64,000 bases of DNA, taken from contig NMRA01000084.1 of assembly GCA_002633005.1 (NCBI GenBank), forward strand, positions 775,267-839,266, read 5' to 3'. The translations under genes and the position numbers were made by a program. This DNA comes from Phoronis australis (Eukaryota > Animalia > Phoronida). Position 1 is the stretch's first letter. Every line of letters starts with the position of its first letter. Of this stretch, positions 47,839-61,242 are shown piece by piece. Under the pieces are notes generated by a model, which was given only the letters and a program-made list of their open reading frames with translations, searched no databases and was not told where the DNA came from.

Positions 47839-48370
47839 CAGTGGCACGGTTTTAAGGAGCTAACAACGACTTTTGAACGGCTTTAGTTCAATTTGTGTTG
47901 AGTCCTAAAACTATAAAATATTGTGATTTGATCTATATACACCGTTAATTCAATTAGAAAAAAATTGCCTACTATTGTTTGCAGTGTACGTTCAAAGCTT
48001 ATTTTCAATGACTGACAATTTTGCTTTTGTTTGCATTTTACATGGAAGTTACTATTTTTTTAATAAACATTATATTTATTGTGACTTAACTTTTGTATTC
48101 AAGTGATGGCTATGCTTGATAAAATACACGGGTCCTATACCGACACCTATCGTTCGCCGAACTAAGTATTCTCTAGAAACTGTAGTGTTAATTAAGCATC
48201 AGTCGCTTACTTTGTTACAACCCCATATTTAGTTATAAGTTGTCCCGCCGCATGGCACTGTTCTTGGATTCACCCAGGATTTCCTAATAGCACAGGAACG
48301 ACAGAGGATGTCACGGCATTAAAAGCCTTTGTATCCCACTTTGCTATCTTATTAAATAAGAACACCATAT

Positions 48371-48419
<49 letters not shown>

Positions 48420-48430
48420 GCAGCAGCAGC
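48371..48430. repeat. (AAC)n/(AGC)n microsatellite
   Basis: About 16 AAC units followed by 4 AGC units. Confidence 0.95.
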
Positions 48431-51400
48431 ACTAGTAACACCAGCAACAAAATGAAAGATTTTTTTTGTTTTCTTCAATAAGGAAATATCTCTTTGCGAT
48501 GAAATATTTGCTCCCGCACGTCCTGAATCACACTATACCCAACATAAATGTAATCACACCGGACAAAAAACCAAACCTGTTGGACAAATGTATATTCGTA
48601 CACCTAACTCCACACACGCACCGAATCTACTCTATACGGGTAACCAAAATCCATACTTGGGTACCCCAAACTCGGCCAGTTCAAAACACCTAGTTTGGGA
48701 CTATAAATTGTTTCTATGCGTTTGTGGAAGGGTGTTATTTGTACGGTATGTGATGATGAGTTAAGGGAGGTGCCGAGGTCACCTGTATTCTGAATTGTTA
48801 ACATCAGGAGTGTCATGTTTGAGCCAATTCACTGGTATTTAGATCTTTTAACACATTTAGACATCTCGTGTTTTCCATGGTAGTGTGTATAAATTAACCA
48901 GGCAATGAGTGTTAAACCAGATTCTGGTCGCATTAAATGTCACTTTTTACTTTAAAGTGGTCCAACATTGTATATACAGACTGGGGAGTTACGTGTAACG
49001 GATGAGATGAGGAGGTACTTGTAAGCGAGATCACCTGTATTTTGAACAACGAACATAGGAGTCTCCTATTTGAGCCAGTCCATTAGCACTTAGATCAAAT
49101 ACCACATTTAGATAACTCTGATGTGATTTTGCCTTAGAAAGTTGGTAGTCTTGCTATTAAAGCACCTCGAAGACTAATTAGCAGTTAGAACCCAATGTGC
49201 ATGAAGTTATATTTTGAGCTGAGTTTCAAAGTTTATATGCTGTATGTTGTTTGTCTGCTGAGAAGTCATGGAAAAACATGAGCTACAATACAATACTTGT
49301 CGTGTACTTATGGACTTTATACTGAAAGCAGCCTTTATCATCCTCACTTCTTTTACATGACCTCTGCAGTGGATCATGCTTCCAACATGAGGCATTTATA
49401 TAGTCAAGTAACAGCTGATCACCTGGAACAGGATACATGTACGTTTGCCCTCTGGAGGACTGCGAAGTAATATGAATTCACTCTTTATACTTCTCACAAC
49501 TAGTCACACACACTTATTCAAGTACGTTCCTCTGTGCCTCCCACTGCTCAGGTGAAATATCTTCTCACTGGTAGCTGGTTCCATGTTGTCAGCCCCCATT
49601 GCTACTCGAAAGTCTCCCATTTTTCACTTGTGTCAAGCACAGCAAAATGCGCGCAGATAACAAAATGATAACATTAGCCAGCCATACCACTGCAAAAGTG
49701 AAGTTATTGTAACATTGGCGGCTATATAACGTCCACGGAATGACTCTGACCGGTGGTTTTGCATTTGCCTGTAATTGCCAATGAATCTTTCACCTTGACA
49801 CTGTCCTCCGCTTTTAACGCCCTGCATCAAAACCACTTGAAGATTCCTAAAGAAATGTTTGTTCAGACACACTCCACAGCTAACCCACAGTAAGCATCTT
49901 TGTAAACAGGACAGCCACAGATAAAACCATAAATAAATGATCTTGTTCATACAACACTGTATGATTTGGAACGTCGCAAGTGGGGAGAGGGCAACACGAT
50001 TTTTGAAGGAAAATGTTATGAAAATGATTTGTCGGCGGTGTTTTTTTTTNNNNNNNNNNNNNNNNNNNNNNNNNNAGCACTTTTTAGAAATAAAGTAGTG
50101 TACCCTCGGTGCCTAGAAAATACGAAATTTGATGAATGATAAATTGATTCGCCGTTTGCTGGCCAACTATTAACAAATGTTCACTTTTTGTTGACGTTTG
50201 TCGGCATTACTCATTGTGGTGAAATGGCGTAATCACCAGTCATTTTTGACTTCAAATGACATGAAATCCGTTCGCGCCAGGAAATTTTTTGTCTTAGTTT
50301 GTAGACCTAAAATAGCTCAACACACTGGTTGGCACTAAAATGTTCTGAAACCTGTGCCAGCTGAGATATCGGGATACGAATTTAGCCTATTTTGACAGTT
50401 TCAAAAATCACTAAAAGTACTCATCTTATGCGGCTCTAAAAACAGACAAAAAATTATCGAAATCTTTTAAATTTTCACGAATAAAGTAGTCAAAGGTCAC
50501 ACCTGATCAATAACACAGGTTCAATATTTCAACGTTACTTCCACTTCGTAACGTAACTGTCGGAATTTTACTAAAACTTAACTGCTGCCAGGCTGAAAAC
50601 GTGTCAGAAATAAATAGTATCCATGGAAACCAAAAGGGGGCGTTTTGAAAAAAATAAAGGTGGTCTGGAGTCAGTGGGGCCAGTATCATCTCACAGACAA
50701 AATATAAAGAGAATCTGTGACATATCGTTTATCACCCTCTGCCTGGTCCATTCGCGAACATGCTCTTATAACATGTCACACCATTCTTGTCTTGGAAATA
50801 GTCGAAATTAATCTATTCTAAAGTATCATTTGCAATAAATTTTATCAACCATAATTGATTGTGTACACCTATCGTGCACGCGCAGACATAGTGTCTGTGT
50901 GTACACTTGTGCACGCGCAGGTCAGTATAGTGCCTGTGTAAACTTGTCGTGCACTCGCAGATATACATGTATATAGAGGGACAAAGGGGCATTTACCTCC
51001 GAACTGTTCCACCGAGAGAGGGCACCGTCTGAAATGGGACACCTTAAAATGAAAGGCTAAACATCATTAAGCTTGGAAAAAAGTGACAGTTCATTCCACC
51101 CTCGTGTGGTCCCAAAGCGATGCAGGGAGTGACCTACTTCAACATGAAAGCACGATTTCACAAAAAAAAACAGGAAAATAGTGGTAATCTATTCCAACAT
51201 TGGGTCCTCTCTCCGAGAGCGGCCTCGTAAGAATTTGTCAATAAAAACACAAAAAGGTGGCTACTTGCATGTCATCAATGGCCTCCTTCAAGGGCGGGGC
51301 TCCTAAAGATAAAAATATCTTTATTTTCAAATATCAGGAAATGCGCAGCAATTGATGTTATATGTCAGGTCATCAATTTTTCTCAAGTGGTATACAGTTT

Positions 51401-51926
51401 CGAGAAAAAAATAAAGCAAAAGTTGTCTTCGTTATCCCTTGCCAGAGAATTCGCAAAATTGACTTATTGAATTTAAACTTCCAGTAAATTAGTACGCTCC
51501 ACAAAAGCTTCGCTTAAAAATTTTTTACATTTTTCGAAATATATGTGTGCGTTTAGACGACCTGTATTGCGAAAGCGAAGACCCTAATGACAGTGTCCTG
51601 TCCAGGGTCCTCAAAAGGTAAACCATGCACTAATGCAAATTTGTTAAATGTTCTCTTGACATTTTTCCTCTTATCCGTTTTTCGCAGTCTTTCTTTTATC
51701 AGTTGCCTATGTCGGTTGCCACGGTTTAACCCAGATGCCTGAAATTTTTTGGGAGGCCCGTCCCCCCCCCCTACGAGTAGAAATTTGACGTCACTCGTAT
51801 CACTTGTACGGGCTACGAGCGAACGTTCGATGTTTCATTTTGATCATCGCATCTCCTACTCTTTACCCGGCGATTGTGATCAAGTGTTCTCTATGACTTG
51901 TTTTTAGAAATGACGAGTCCCTTTAA

Positions 51927-53258
51927 AGGCGAAGGCAACCTTTTTTCATGTCATTTTTAGCAAAAATAGGGTTCGTTGATTATCCCAGACATGTTTTTCA
52001 CGTATTTAATGCTTTTCGTAATTTAATTAATTACTCGTCGTCTACTCTGGAAGTGACGTTTTGGGAGGCAAGAATTTCGCGCCAATTTCTTTTCATACAG
52101 TCTGACTGTGAGAGCAGTCGAGTCAGTCGAGTCAGTCATTGCTCTGCCTCGGTTGTGATAAGTTCGGTCGTCGTTTGCTTTTGTTTACGAGTCAGTCAAC
52201 ATGCCACGCTGTTGCTGCCTACCGAGATCGTACTCATTATCGTCTAACGTACAGCTAGAGAAAGACCTGTCCCACTTGCCCGAGTGTCCCGCGACACACT
52301 CCCAGTGGATGATGACTTGAGCACCCAAGCTGCTTACATCCCGCCGTGCGACTCCCTCGTCACACACGTGGCACCTTCTAAATAGCTCCAATACACGTCC
52401 ACAATAAACTTATCAAACTTAGGCTCACCGATCTGTTCATTGGATGACGAACTGTCCTTTTCACTGGGTGTCAAACTGGGCCTGTATTTACTCCCACTAC
52501 TCAACTTTGCTGCAGGGCTGCTTACAGGCTCTGGCTTAGAGACAACAGCACACGGGGAATCACTGCTAGTTCCTGGAATTGCACGCTATGGGTTATGTTC
52601 GGAGGCATGGGTGACAGTAGATGAAGTGCCTCCAGTCATTGTATATAGTGGCCGGAGCTCGCGAGGCTTCTCGCTTCAAAAACGCACTTCTCGGGGGTGG
52701 CGACGGACACTGCCGGGAATCAACAGCGGCGGTATGCAAGTTCCAACCCTTCTTCAGGCGTTGTTTCGCAGGGACTTTCATCAATTCAGCGTACATATCT
52801 CTGTCGTAATCTGACGGCTGAAAATGCTTGCCACTGCTTTGTACATTGCTTGAACGGGTAGCGCTGCGTTCTTCACACGAACGAGCTAGCCAAGTACGGC
52901 GAAGTGTGTCATCCTTCGGAAAGCGATGCAAGGTACCCAAAGCGCGTGTGAGACGGTAATGAGTACATCCGGGTACGCAGCAACAGCGTGGCATGTTGAC
53001 TGACTTGTAAACAAAAGCAAACGACGATCTAACTTATCACATCCGAGGTAGAACAATGACTGACTTGACAGCTCTCAAAGTCTGATTGTATGAAAAGAAA
53101 TTGGCGCGAAATTCTTGCCTCACAAAACGTCACTTCCGGAGTAGAGGACGAGAAATTGATTAAATTACGAAAAGCTGTAATTTAGTGAAAAATATGTCTG
53201 GGATAATCAACAGACCTTATTTTTGCTAAAAGTGACATGAAAAAGGTTGCCTTCGCCT
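51927..53258 (-). mobile_element. Kolobok-like THAP transposon relic with ~290-bp inverted termini
   Basis: ttaa|AGGCGAAGGCAACC...GGTTGCCTTCGCCT|tgaa (TTAA-type target, AGG/CCT ends). Minus ORF 52593-52994 MPRCCCVPGC...LHRFPKDDTLRRTWL...SGKHF is a decayed THAP domain; downstream LFRRCHVC...WECVAGHSGKW resembles the following Kolobok Cys/His region. Confidence 0.75.
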
Positions 53259-53553
53259 TGAATAATTGTCATTTAATTGTATAACCTTTCGAATTAACTT
53301 GTTTAATGTCCTAGCGAGCCTGAAAAGCGATGTGTGGACGCTTAACCGCTATTGAAGTACTTTCAAAGAGGATTTCCCGTAACCGCGAGGCTAGTTGCCG
53401 ACACGAATGTTAAATCGCACGTGCATTCGAGTAGCTCAATTTGAAATAGGAGGAAATACTCGTTGAAAGCATAATCGACAAAATTCTAAGATTGACCTGC
53501 CATATGAATGTTGCCAAAGTCGTTGAAGATGCAAACTACATAAATATAAGTGC

Positions 53554-53722
53554 AAAATCCCTCCATTTCTTCGTGTTGTTGTAACTTTTGCTACTTAAAC
53601 GATTGAAATACATCCTGTCAAAAAGCTTCCGAGAGCCGAAAATCCCTCCATTTCTTCGTGTTGTTGAAACTTTTGCTACTTAAACGATTGAAATACATCC
53701 TGTCAAAAAGCTTCCGCGAGCC
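53554..53722. repeat. Direct tandem duplication, 85-bp unit x2
   Basis: aaaatccctccatttcttcgtgttgttg...cttccg(a/c)gagcc at 53554 and 53639, nearly identical. Confidence 0.9.
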
Positions 53723-56700
53723 ATTGTATGCTCAGGCCGAATCACCTATTCATGCGCGAGAATGATGCAAATTTCGCAAGAAAGAAAGCATGTGTCTCTT
53801 TTTGATTACGTATAAATAAACTAGTTTTGCATGAAGTAAACCCTCAGGCTGGATTCCATTATTGGGTGATTCGAGTTTGCTGCTTTGGCACTGAAAACCT
53901 CTTACACATAGAAAAAATAGTTCAGCTATAAAATGTCTCGTGATCCTGACGTTTGTTCAATCTTGCGTGATCTCCCCTTTCTCGTAGAAAACTAACGCTA
54001 CGGAACGCAATCCGGCAAAAGAAAATGCAAAATATGTCGTTGTTGGTAAATTATATACCATTAATATTATATGGTGTCGGTGACCCAGTTTATATGAGCA
54101 TTAATAAATAATAAAAAGTAGAATACAATAGGTATGGGCAAATCGTAACATATAAGTCCACAAAACAAATGACAGTTACACGCGAAATATGGGTTAACGT
54201 CAATTTTACAGGCTTGTCAAACGGTTGACCTTCATTTATACAATTAAAAGATTGAGCTGATTATTCCCATCACACCTTCCAATACGTCCATCAATGACGA
54301 CGCTATTGAACGCAGATATTTTTGGTTTGAAATCAGGCTGTGCTGATTTGGTTGAATTGAAACTATGTAGGCCTAAATCTACTCGGAAGTCGGGTGGTCA
54401 CCTAAGCATTCTCAAAAACTGAAACTGCGCACACCAAAGCAAAAGCTCAAGATTGTGATAAGCCCAACACAGTATGTGTCTATCACTCCAAATATTCAAA
54501 GCCACAGACAGCGGCGGTTATGTAGGGCCTTATTGAAAAGTCTACGTATTTAGCAAAATTTGCACAAGGGGACCGTTTCACTAGAAATCTCGTGACCTTT
54601 CTCGCATACACTGCCAAAATGGCCGCAACTGAAGTTATTGGAACGTTCAATTTACAGTTTCCATTCCATAACCAAACATTTCTCCCAGCCAGTGCGTTGC
54701 GAAATTGACAAATGGGACAGCAACCGTTTTTAGTGTCGTGTTTGGTTCACTAACGATTTTTGTGGTTATTTTCGATAAATGAAAACAAATTTCCCTTCAC
54801 TGCTCGATCTTCACCTGCTGGAAGAGATTTCTTGAAATTCGAAGCTGCGGGAGCTGCATCCACTGTAATGACTGAAGGCCACGAGTTTGGTGACACTAGT
54901 GCACGAGAACTTGCTCACCTGGTATTCTCATGGTGTGTTCGTAACTATTTTGAATTTTTGTGGATGTCAAAGCATTTTTTTTTTAGTTTTAAGTTTCAAA
55001 AAAACGACCTGTCAACAACTCGCCACTTCGTCGATTTTTCTCCCTCAAGGCATATCCCGTCTCCTTACTTGGTACGACAAGACATAGACGAAGCACATTT
55101 CCCTTACATGGAAAATGTGACTTTTGCCTCATATTGTGCGGGTCGACCTCAGATTCGGAGAGCAATCACACATTATAATTTGCGTTACTATCCATTTTGT
55201 CAGTCATCTGTTGTCGGATGACGGTGAGTGCAAGCGCGCGTTTATTTAAGTGGAAGGGAGATTAGAATCTCTGTCGTGACTATAAAGTTTTTCCTTCGTT
55301 CGTAGTTTAAAAATCGTGAATTTAGTTACTTTTTCTGAAAATTCCCTGACAGGGGAAAGTGAATAACTTTGTAGTAGACTTTGCGAAATGGTACTTTCGT
55401 CAGGAATTGTTTAAAAGATGTTTTAGATAGCTTTCGCGTTCCATACCTTATTAACTGAGTTCGAGTCCAATCTAGGATTTCTGAGACTACTCGTTGACGC
55501 AAAATAATTACGGCAACTTTTTCAAAATATTGTGCAATCAAAAGATATCCACAATGAATCCACGCACAAAAACTTGGCTCTAGTGACGCATGTATTATTA
55601 GCTTCAGCCTGGGAGGAATTTCATTGATTTGAAAATTTACCTAGGACAAAAATAAAATCGTAATTAAATCAACAATTACTACCTTTCCTTTCAAATTTAC
55701 GGAACCTGTTCCACGGCTGCCGTTTTTCACTGGCGGGATTCCGTGAGCACGCTTTTCGCACAAGAGAACTGTACAAAACACGCTGTGGCGTGTTCCGTAG
55801 ACACAAGGTATCACGAATAACGCTAGTGTGATCACGCCATTCGTTCGTAGTGCATGGCTCGAAATGTCCCTCGAAGACTTGCGTGATTTCGGTTCTCTTG
55901 CAGAGAATTTGCCCTGCGGAGTACAAGAGCGGTTCTCTTACGCATACTTGGTAGGATGAATTCTGGGACGTATTCACGAGCCACTTCTCTTGCACTTCCA
56001 TACAAACTCTCCAAACATCACCATTCAAGCTAAGCAGAACCCAAGGTAAACTGGAATGAGTCAAATGTAGTTAAAGCATAGGAGCGCACATTAAAGTTAT
56101 CAGACAAACTTTAATTAATGCTCATGTCAATTCAATATACAGCTTCCAAAGGTACACTTATATCAGTTAGAGCGGTGTCCTCGTGAGAGGAATTCGCTAT
56201 GGCTGTAAATACTTATTTAATAAAATGTTACGTGCCTGACGAAATGGTTTGGATAATTGTAATGTAGAGTGCGTGTATGTTTATTTCAAAAAAATACTCA
56301 AGTCGTTTTCTTCTCTTGATTTGGTATTTTGTCGCTATTTAGGGGATTATAGGCACGTTAACAAACTTTTCCAATCTTGAATTGTTGCAAAATGAGCCGG
56401 CAAGTCGCAAGCAAAGTGTATATACACCAAACTCGACTTTGCCATTTCAGGGTTGACCAATCCCAATTAATTCAGAATGATTTTCTTGGGTCGCGGATGA
56501 CTTCAATATTTGTATGGGTAACGGAAATAAGTCCCATCAACGGTAATGAGTATAATGATTTTAGGAGCTCGGTTGCCCTAATTTCGTTTCGTTTTTAGCA
56601 ACTAAATACTGAGGAAACGCAATAGGAGAAGTATCGAGTATTCGCACAGTTAGACCTCAATGAACAAATAAACAAAGAAGGGAGACGTATCCATTCTCTA

Positions 56701-57186
56701 CATTCATTTTACAGTATGGACTATTTTGTGTGAAAATTATGTAATCCGCACCATTTAAACAATTGCCTGTAAACTACAGATGCAGACCGTTCCAAACCCA
56801 AATTGTATAACTGACAGCTATCTGCTTACTTAAGCTGTAACATACTTTTCAGTAATTGATCGACGTACACCTCACTGCGATCACGTCATTACGGCTGTCG
56901 ACAAAAGAAGTAAATTGTGCGAAACAGAGACATTATGAATCAATCCTATCTACTCTACTCAAGTACAGCCAAACCTTCGGAAAATAAATTATCTGCAAAC
57001 TCGTTTGACGTTAATATTTAACAACCACAGACGGGCGCACACAACAGAGAAAAACACCTCATAATGTTGTGAATCAAATGGAATGATCGGTTCCTTTAAA
57101 GGAACACAATCGGGGAGAACAGTACTTTTCGACATTCAACTGTACCCCCGATTAGACGTCGCAGTCCGACATTTCGCTAGCTAAGC

Positions 57187-57898
57187 TTATCAATATTCAA
57201 TAGTAAAACTAGTAAAACTAAAATGACGAGCGTCGGTACTAAAATATATTAAAATAGCCCCACGTATCGAGCGATGCGCTCTTTCTTAAGGGTGTGCTAC
57301 AGACTGCTGAATACATGTGGATAGGTCTAAAATAAAATGGCACGTAGTGACATATACTAAACGTGAACAATATGAAAACAACAGGACATAGCAACTACCA
57401 GTGGGGTAGACTTAAGTATGATGAGAGAGAGAGGGGGGGGACCAAAACAGAGACATACGCAGCTACTGGAGACTATTCACAACAGACTCTCCCTCTCCCT
57501 CACCCTCTCCCTCTNNNNNNNNNNNNNNNNNNNNNNNNNNNNNNNNNNNNNNNNNNNNNNNNNNNNNNNNNNNNNNNNNNNNCCCTCCCTCCACCTCTCT
57601 CTCTCTCTCTCTACCTCACTGGTAGTTGCTACGTCCTGTTGTATTCATATTCTTCACGTTAATTGTATGTCACTATGTGGTACCCTGTGCCATTTTATTT
57701 TAGATATATCCACATGTATTCAGCAGTCTGTAGCACACCCTTGAGAAAGACCGCATCGCTCGATACGTGGGGATATTTTAATATATTTTAGCACCGACGC
57801 TCGTCATTTTAATTTACTAGTTTTACTATTTTATATTATTATTCGTCGGTAACTACACGGCATTCACAACATCTATTTGATTATCAATATTCAATAGT
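57187..57898. mobile_element. Penelope-like element relic: inverted pseudo-LTR pair around (GA/CT)n, flanked by an 18-bp direct repeat
   Basis: 57199-57440 is the reverse complement of ~57583-57830. TTATCAATATTCAATAGT occurs at 57187 and 57881. Hammerhead-like TTGAGAA-A-stem-GATACGT at 57741-57768. An assembly gap (57515-57582) lies in the middle. Confidence 0.6.
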
Positions 57899-58157
57899 TA
57901 GAAGAACGTTATAAGGATATGTAGGACTTTATCTACAAATCTGTGCTTTTCTTCAAATTTCTACAAGACCATAGAATTGAACACAGTACAATTACATATT
58001 TTTAAAAGTAGCAACAATGTAGAATTCCAATTTTGACTTCATACCAATTTGCAGTCACTTGAGTCATGTAAGCATGTGTTTTTAGTAGAATCTTACGAAA
58101 GGTACATCCACACTCCAAACAATGACGTCAATAACATGACCAAATGTCGCTGGATGT

Positions 58158-58225
58158 AAATGTTTGAGATAAAATCTTAAAATGTTCGAGATAAAATCTT
58201 AAAATGTTCGAGATAAAATCTTAAA
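58158..58225. repeat. 22-bp tandem repeat x3 within a dispersed repeat (relatives near 29490 and 45225)
   Basis: AAATGTTYGAGATAAAATCTTA x3; the adjacent 'aataacatgaccaaat' motif recurs at ~29495 and, more diverged, at ~45227. Confidence 0.7.
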
Positions 58226-58482
58226 ATTGCTGTTACAGTTTTCTTAATTACCATTTTGTTTTCGTTCTATGCAACATTTGGTCATGATTTTTTTATCACG
58301 TTCATCAATAAGTGTTGCTAGCCACAGTACGGGACTTTTTTCATCCATTCATCTCTATGAAGAGGCTTATTTCCTTTGTCGATACAGTTGCATTGTCTAT
58401 CCTGTCCTATACTCTATTGTTACAGATAGGACAGGATGAAAAAAATCCGTGCTGTCCTTTCCCAGCCACCGTAGACAAGTAA

Positions 58483-58544
58483 TATAAAACGGCAATGAAA
58501 AGGACAATATTCACACTTGAGTGAAGTTGCAGTGTGCAGCTGAG
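58483..58544 (+). promoter_or_regulatory. Core promoter and short non-coding exon 1 of chitin-binding gene 2
   Basis: TATAAAA 58483-58489, initiator-like TCACACT with A at 58513 (30 nt downstream), donor GAG|gtaagg at 58545. Confidence 0.6.
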
Positions 58545-60414
58545 GTAAGGCTTAATCGGCTGTAAATAATGTCACTGTTAGGAATATGAAATTGGTATCG
58601 AGTGTCAAAAAGAAAAAAGGAAACGACAAATTCTGTAAAAATGTGTAACACATTTGAAGCTGCAAAAAACCCCAGCTGCAGAGAAGAAACTGTCATTCAA
58701 TTTGGACCACTTACTTGCTCTAAATTTGTTCCTCTGTTAGATGAGAAGTAATTTTTGGTCTTTCATAGAACTGGCAGTTCATTTTTACTGGAGACCATGC
58801 TCCACCGAGATAAGACAATTTGTAGAGCCGTTTTTAAACCAGTAACGAGCTGACAGGCCTGTCCGAGCCCAGAAATTATAGTCTGAAACCAATGCCATGA
58901 CAGCGATTAGTCTAAATCAGAAGTTATTTTTCATGAAAGAGGGCTGGTATGTAGCTGCTTTAGTCGGCATAGTCGCTACAAAATCATGAAACCCAGCGTT
59001 TCGATTTTGTTACTTTTCGTACGTCGTCCTCGGGTATATGAGGCTCGTTGTTTTTTACTATTATATCGATGAACGTCTCCAAATATTTTTTTCAAAAAGA
59101 CGTGTTATCGACACTCGTTTTTGCTATTCTAAATTTTTGATGGCATGGTGCGGTATTTCAGTCGTCTACTTTTTCGAAAAAAATCAACAGGAGAAGATCA
59201 AAAGGGACACGGGTTTGACTGCTGCATCGTGGCATTGTTAAAGAGAAGGGGGAGGGCTGGTGACATTCGTGCATGTTAGCTAGTGCCTAACTTAGAACGC
59301 AATGGAATTTGCAACCTAGATTGCTTGAGTGCGTTTGTGGGGTTCTTTAAAAACAAAAATCGAGACGTTGGGTGGAATTGACACGCCTGACATTATTTTC
59401 TTTAAAGTTATTAAGGACTCTGGACAAATGTCTAAATTTGGCAAACTTCGGAACATCAGATCTCAGAAATCGCAAATCGTTTCATGCGAAACTTTCAGTA
59501 ACTGTGTTTTATGCCCTGTTCTTTAAAATAGTTCTAGAATTGCTTTTATTATGTTCCCCTTTGCATGGGGGGGCTATCAAAATATGACTAGAATTTTTTC
59601 AAAAACTCAAAAGTTGCGTAAAACGAAAAGGAAATGATAATTTCGAAAACAATCACACCGAAAGTTAGTCACGTTATTGCTACCGATGTTTTGTTATGAT
59701 TGTACCTATCTTTTTCACTAAATTTTATCAAAAAATACACTGTCATTTGACCTAATTACGGGTAAACTGACTAGGTCAAAAATCAAATACCGTGCCAGGA
59801 CCAACTTAGACAGGTCCCCCGACTATGTTGCCGCCTCTCGGCAAGGCTCGCAGTAGAACCAACGGTGCCTTTTGGATTTATGTTGTTTTACCTTTTTTCG
59901 TCGGTAACGGCTTTTAAATCTTTAAAAGGGCACCATTAATTGCTTCATCCACGAATACAGCTAAGAGTTAAAGGCTTAGAGATCGAATAACATTGAAATA
60001 AAACAAATAATTCCAACCAGATTGAAGGACCAATTAAAACCAAAAGACAGTGACTGTGATCATCGATACAACAGACTTCACTGTCAATAAAGTTTCCGAA
60101 ATTTCTAAATGTCCGTGTCTGGCTTTACTAATTGCCTATTTACATTGTTCTTTTGGTTTGGTAATAATTACATTTTAAATTGTCGAGGTTACACCCATTC
60201 TTCTTGCGCGACTACTTGAAGAGTAAACATGTAATATTACGTACGTAAAAACACGTTATAGCAGGAGATCAGTCATATTTGTATTACTTTAACACTGTAT
60301 GTTTATTCCGACTTCAGAGTCAGAAGAACAAGTTATAGTAGGAGATCAGTAATATTTGTATTACTTTAACACTGTATGTTTTTTCCCTCTTCAGAGTCAG
60401 AAGACCATTCTAAG

Positions 60415-60490
60415 ATGATCACGAGGCAGACAAAGCTGTTAGCATTGCACATTTTAATGGCGGCCTTTATAGCCGGTGTCAATGGACGAG
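60415..60490 (+). CDS. Chitin-binding gene 2, signal-peptide exon
   Basis: Acceptor ttttttccctcttcAG|60395; ATG 60415 MITRQTKLLALHILMAAFIAGVNGR+G|gtatac, phase 1; starts MIT like gene 1. Confidence 0.78.
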
Positions 60491-61242
60491 GTATACCTGC
60501 GTTTATAATATTACACCGAAATTAGTAAATGCTTACCACGCTGATTTCATTTCCTAAACGTGACAAATTCCCGTGAAACTGTTGGTGTAATATGTTTTAC
60601 TCGGTTCCAGCCTCGGCTAACGAGGTGCAGTCTGTGTTGCCGCGCACATTTTGTCCCTCTTTGTTAAAGGATTTGTACTGATTATGAAATTATAAACTCA
60701 CAAGCAGTCAATATTTCGGAGTCAATAACATTCCATATTGACAATTCATGCATTTGTATTGACTGCTGCTATGGAAAAGCAGTTTTATTTTTTTGTAGAG
60801 GAGATCTCTCGTGATTTGGTCCCGTAATCTTCCTTTTCACAGGTCATTGCTTTATCACTGTAACACCAGCGAGTCGCCGAATTCGAAAGTGCTTTACGTC
60901 TTTTATGTCATCTGGATTCTGACGTCACGTTTGTTTTTATATAACTGTAAAATGTAAACTACTCGTTGAATGCAAACCTCTTCTAAGACATTGCAATTTC
61001 CACTATTACACAAAGGTGTGTTTTCAACTCCTAAAATGTTCACTGACTTTCATTGCACGGCAATTGCGCGAACTCCAACGCGCGCACGCCGAACGTGCCG
61101 AGAAGCAGCTTCCGGTCTTACCAGTATGATCTACTAACGTTAGATGATTGTTTTTCATTACAGGGATATATTTGTTAAATTACGATTTTCTGGTTGGTCA
61201 AGGTAAATGTCAAAGTTATTGAATTCCTACGCGTTCTCAGGC

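Noticed and set aside
48740-49120. Diverged ~250-bp-period duplication (gag.tcacctgtatt.tgaa...tttgagcca...ttagatc) and ~37-bp repeats at 50860-50960
   Set aside because: Real but old local duplications with no coding, structural or terminal features to suggest function.
54760-56064. Longer ORFs 54760-55221 (+) and 55669-56064 (-)
   Set aside because: Non-ATG starts, no recognisable motif or splice context; probably decayed repeat DNA.
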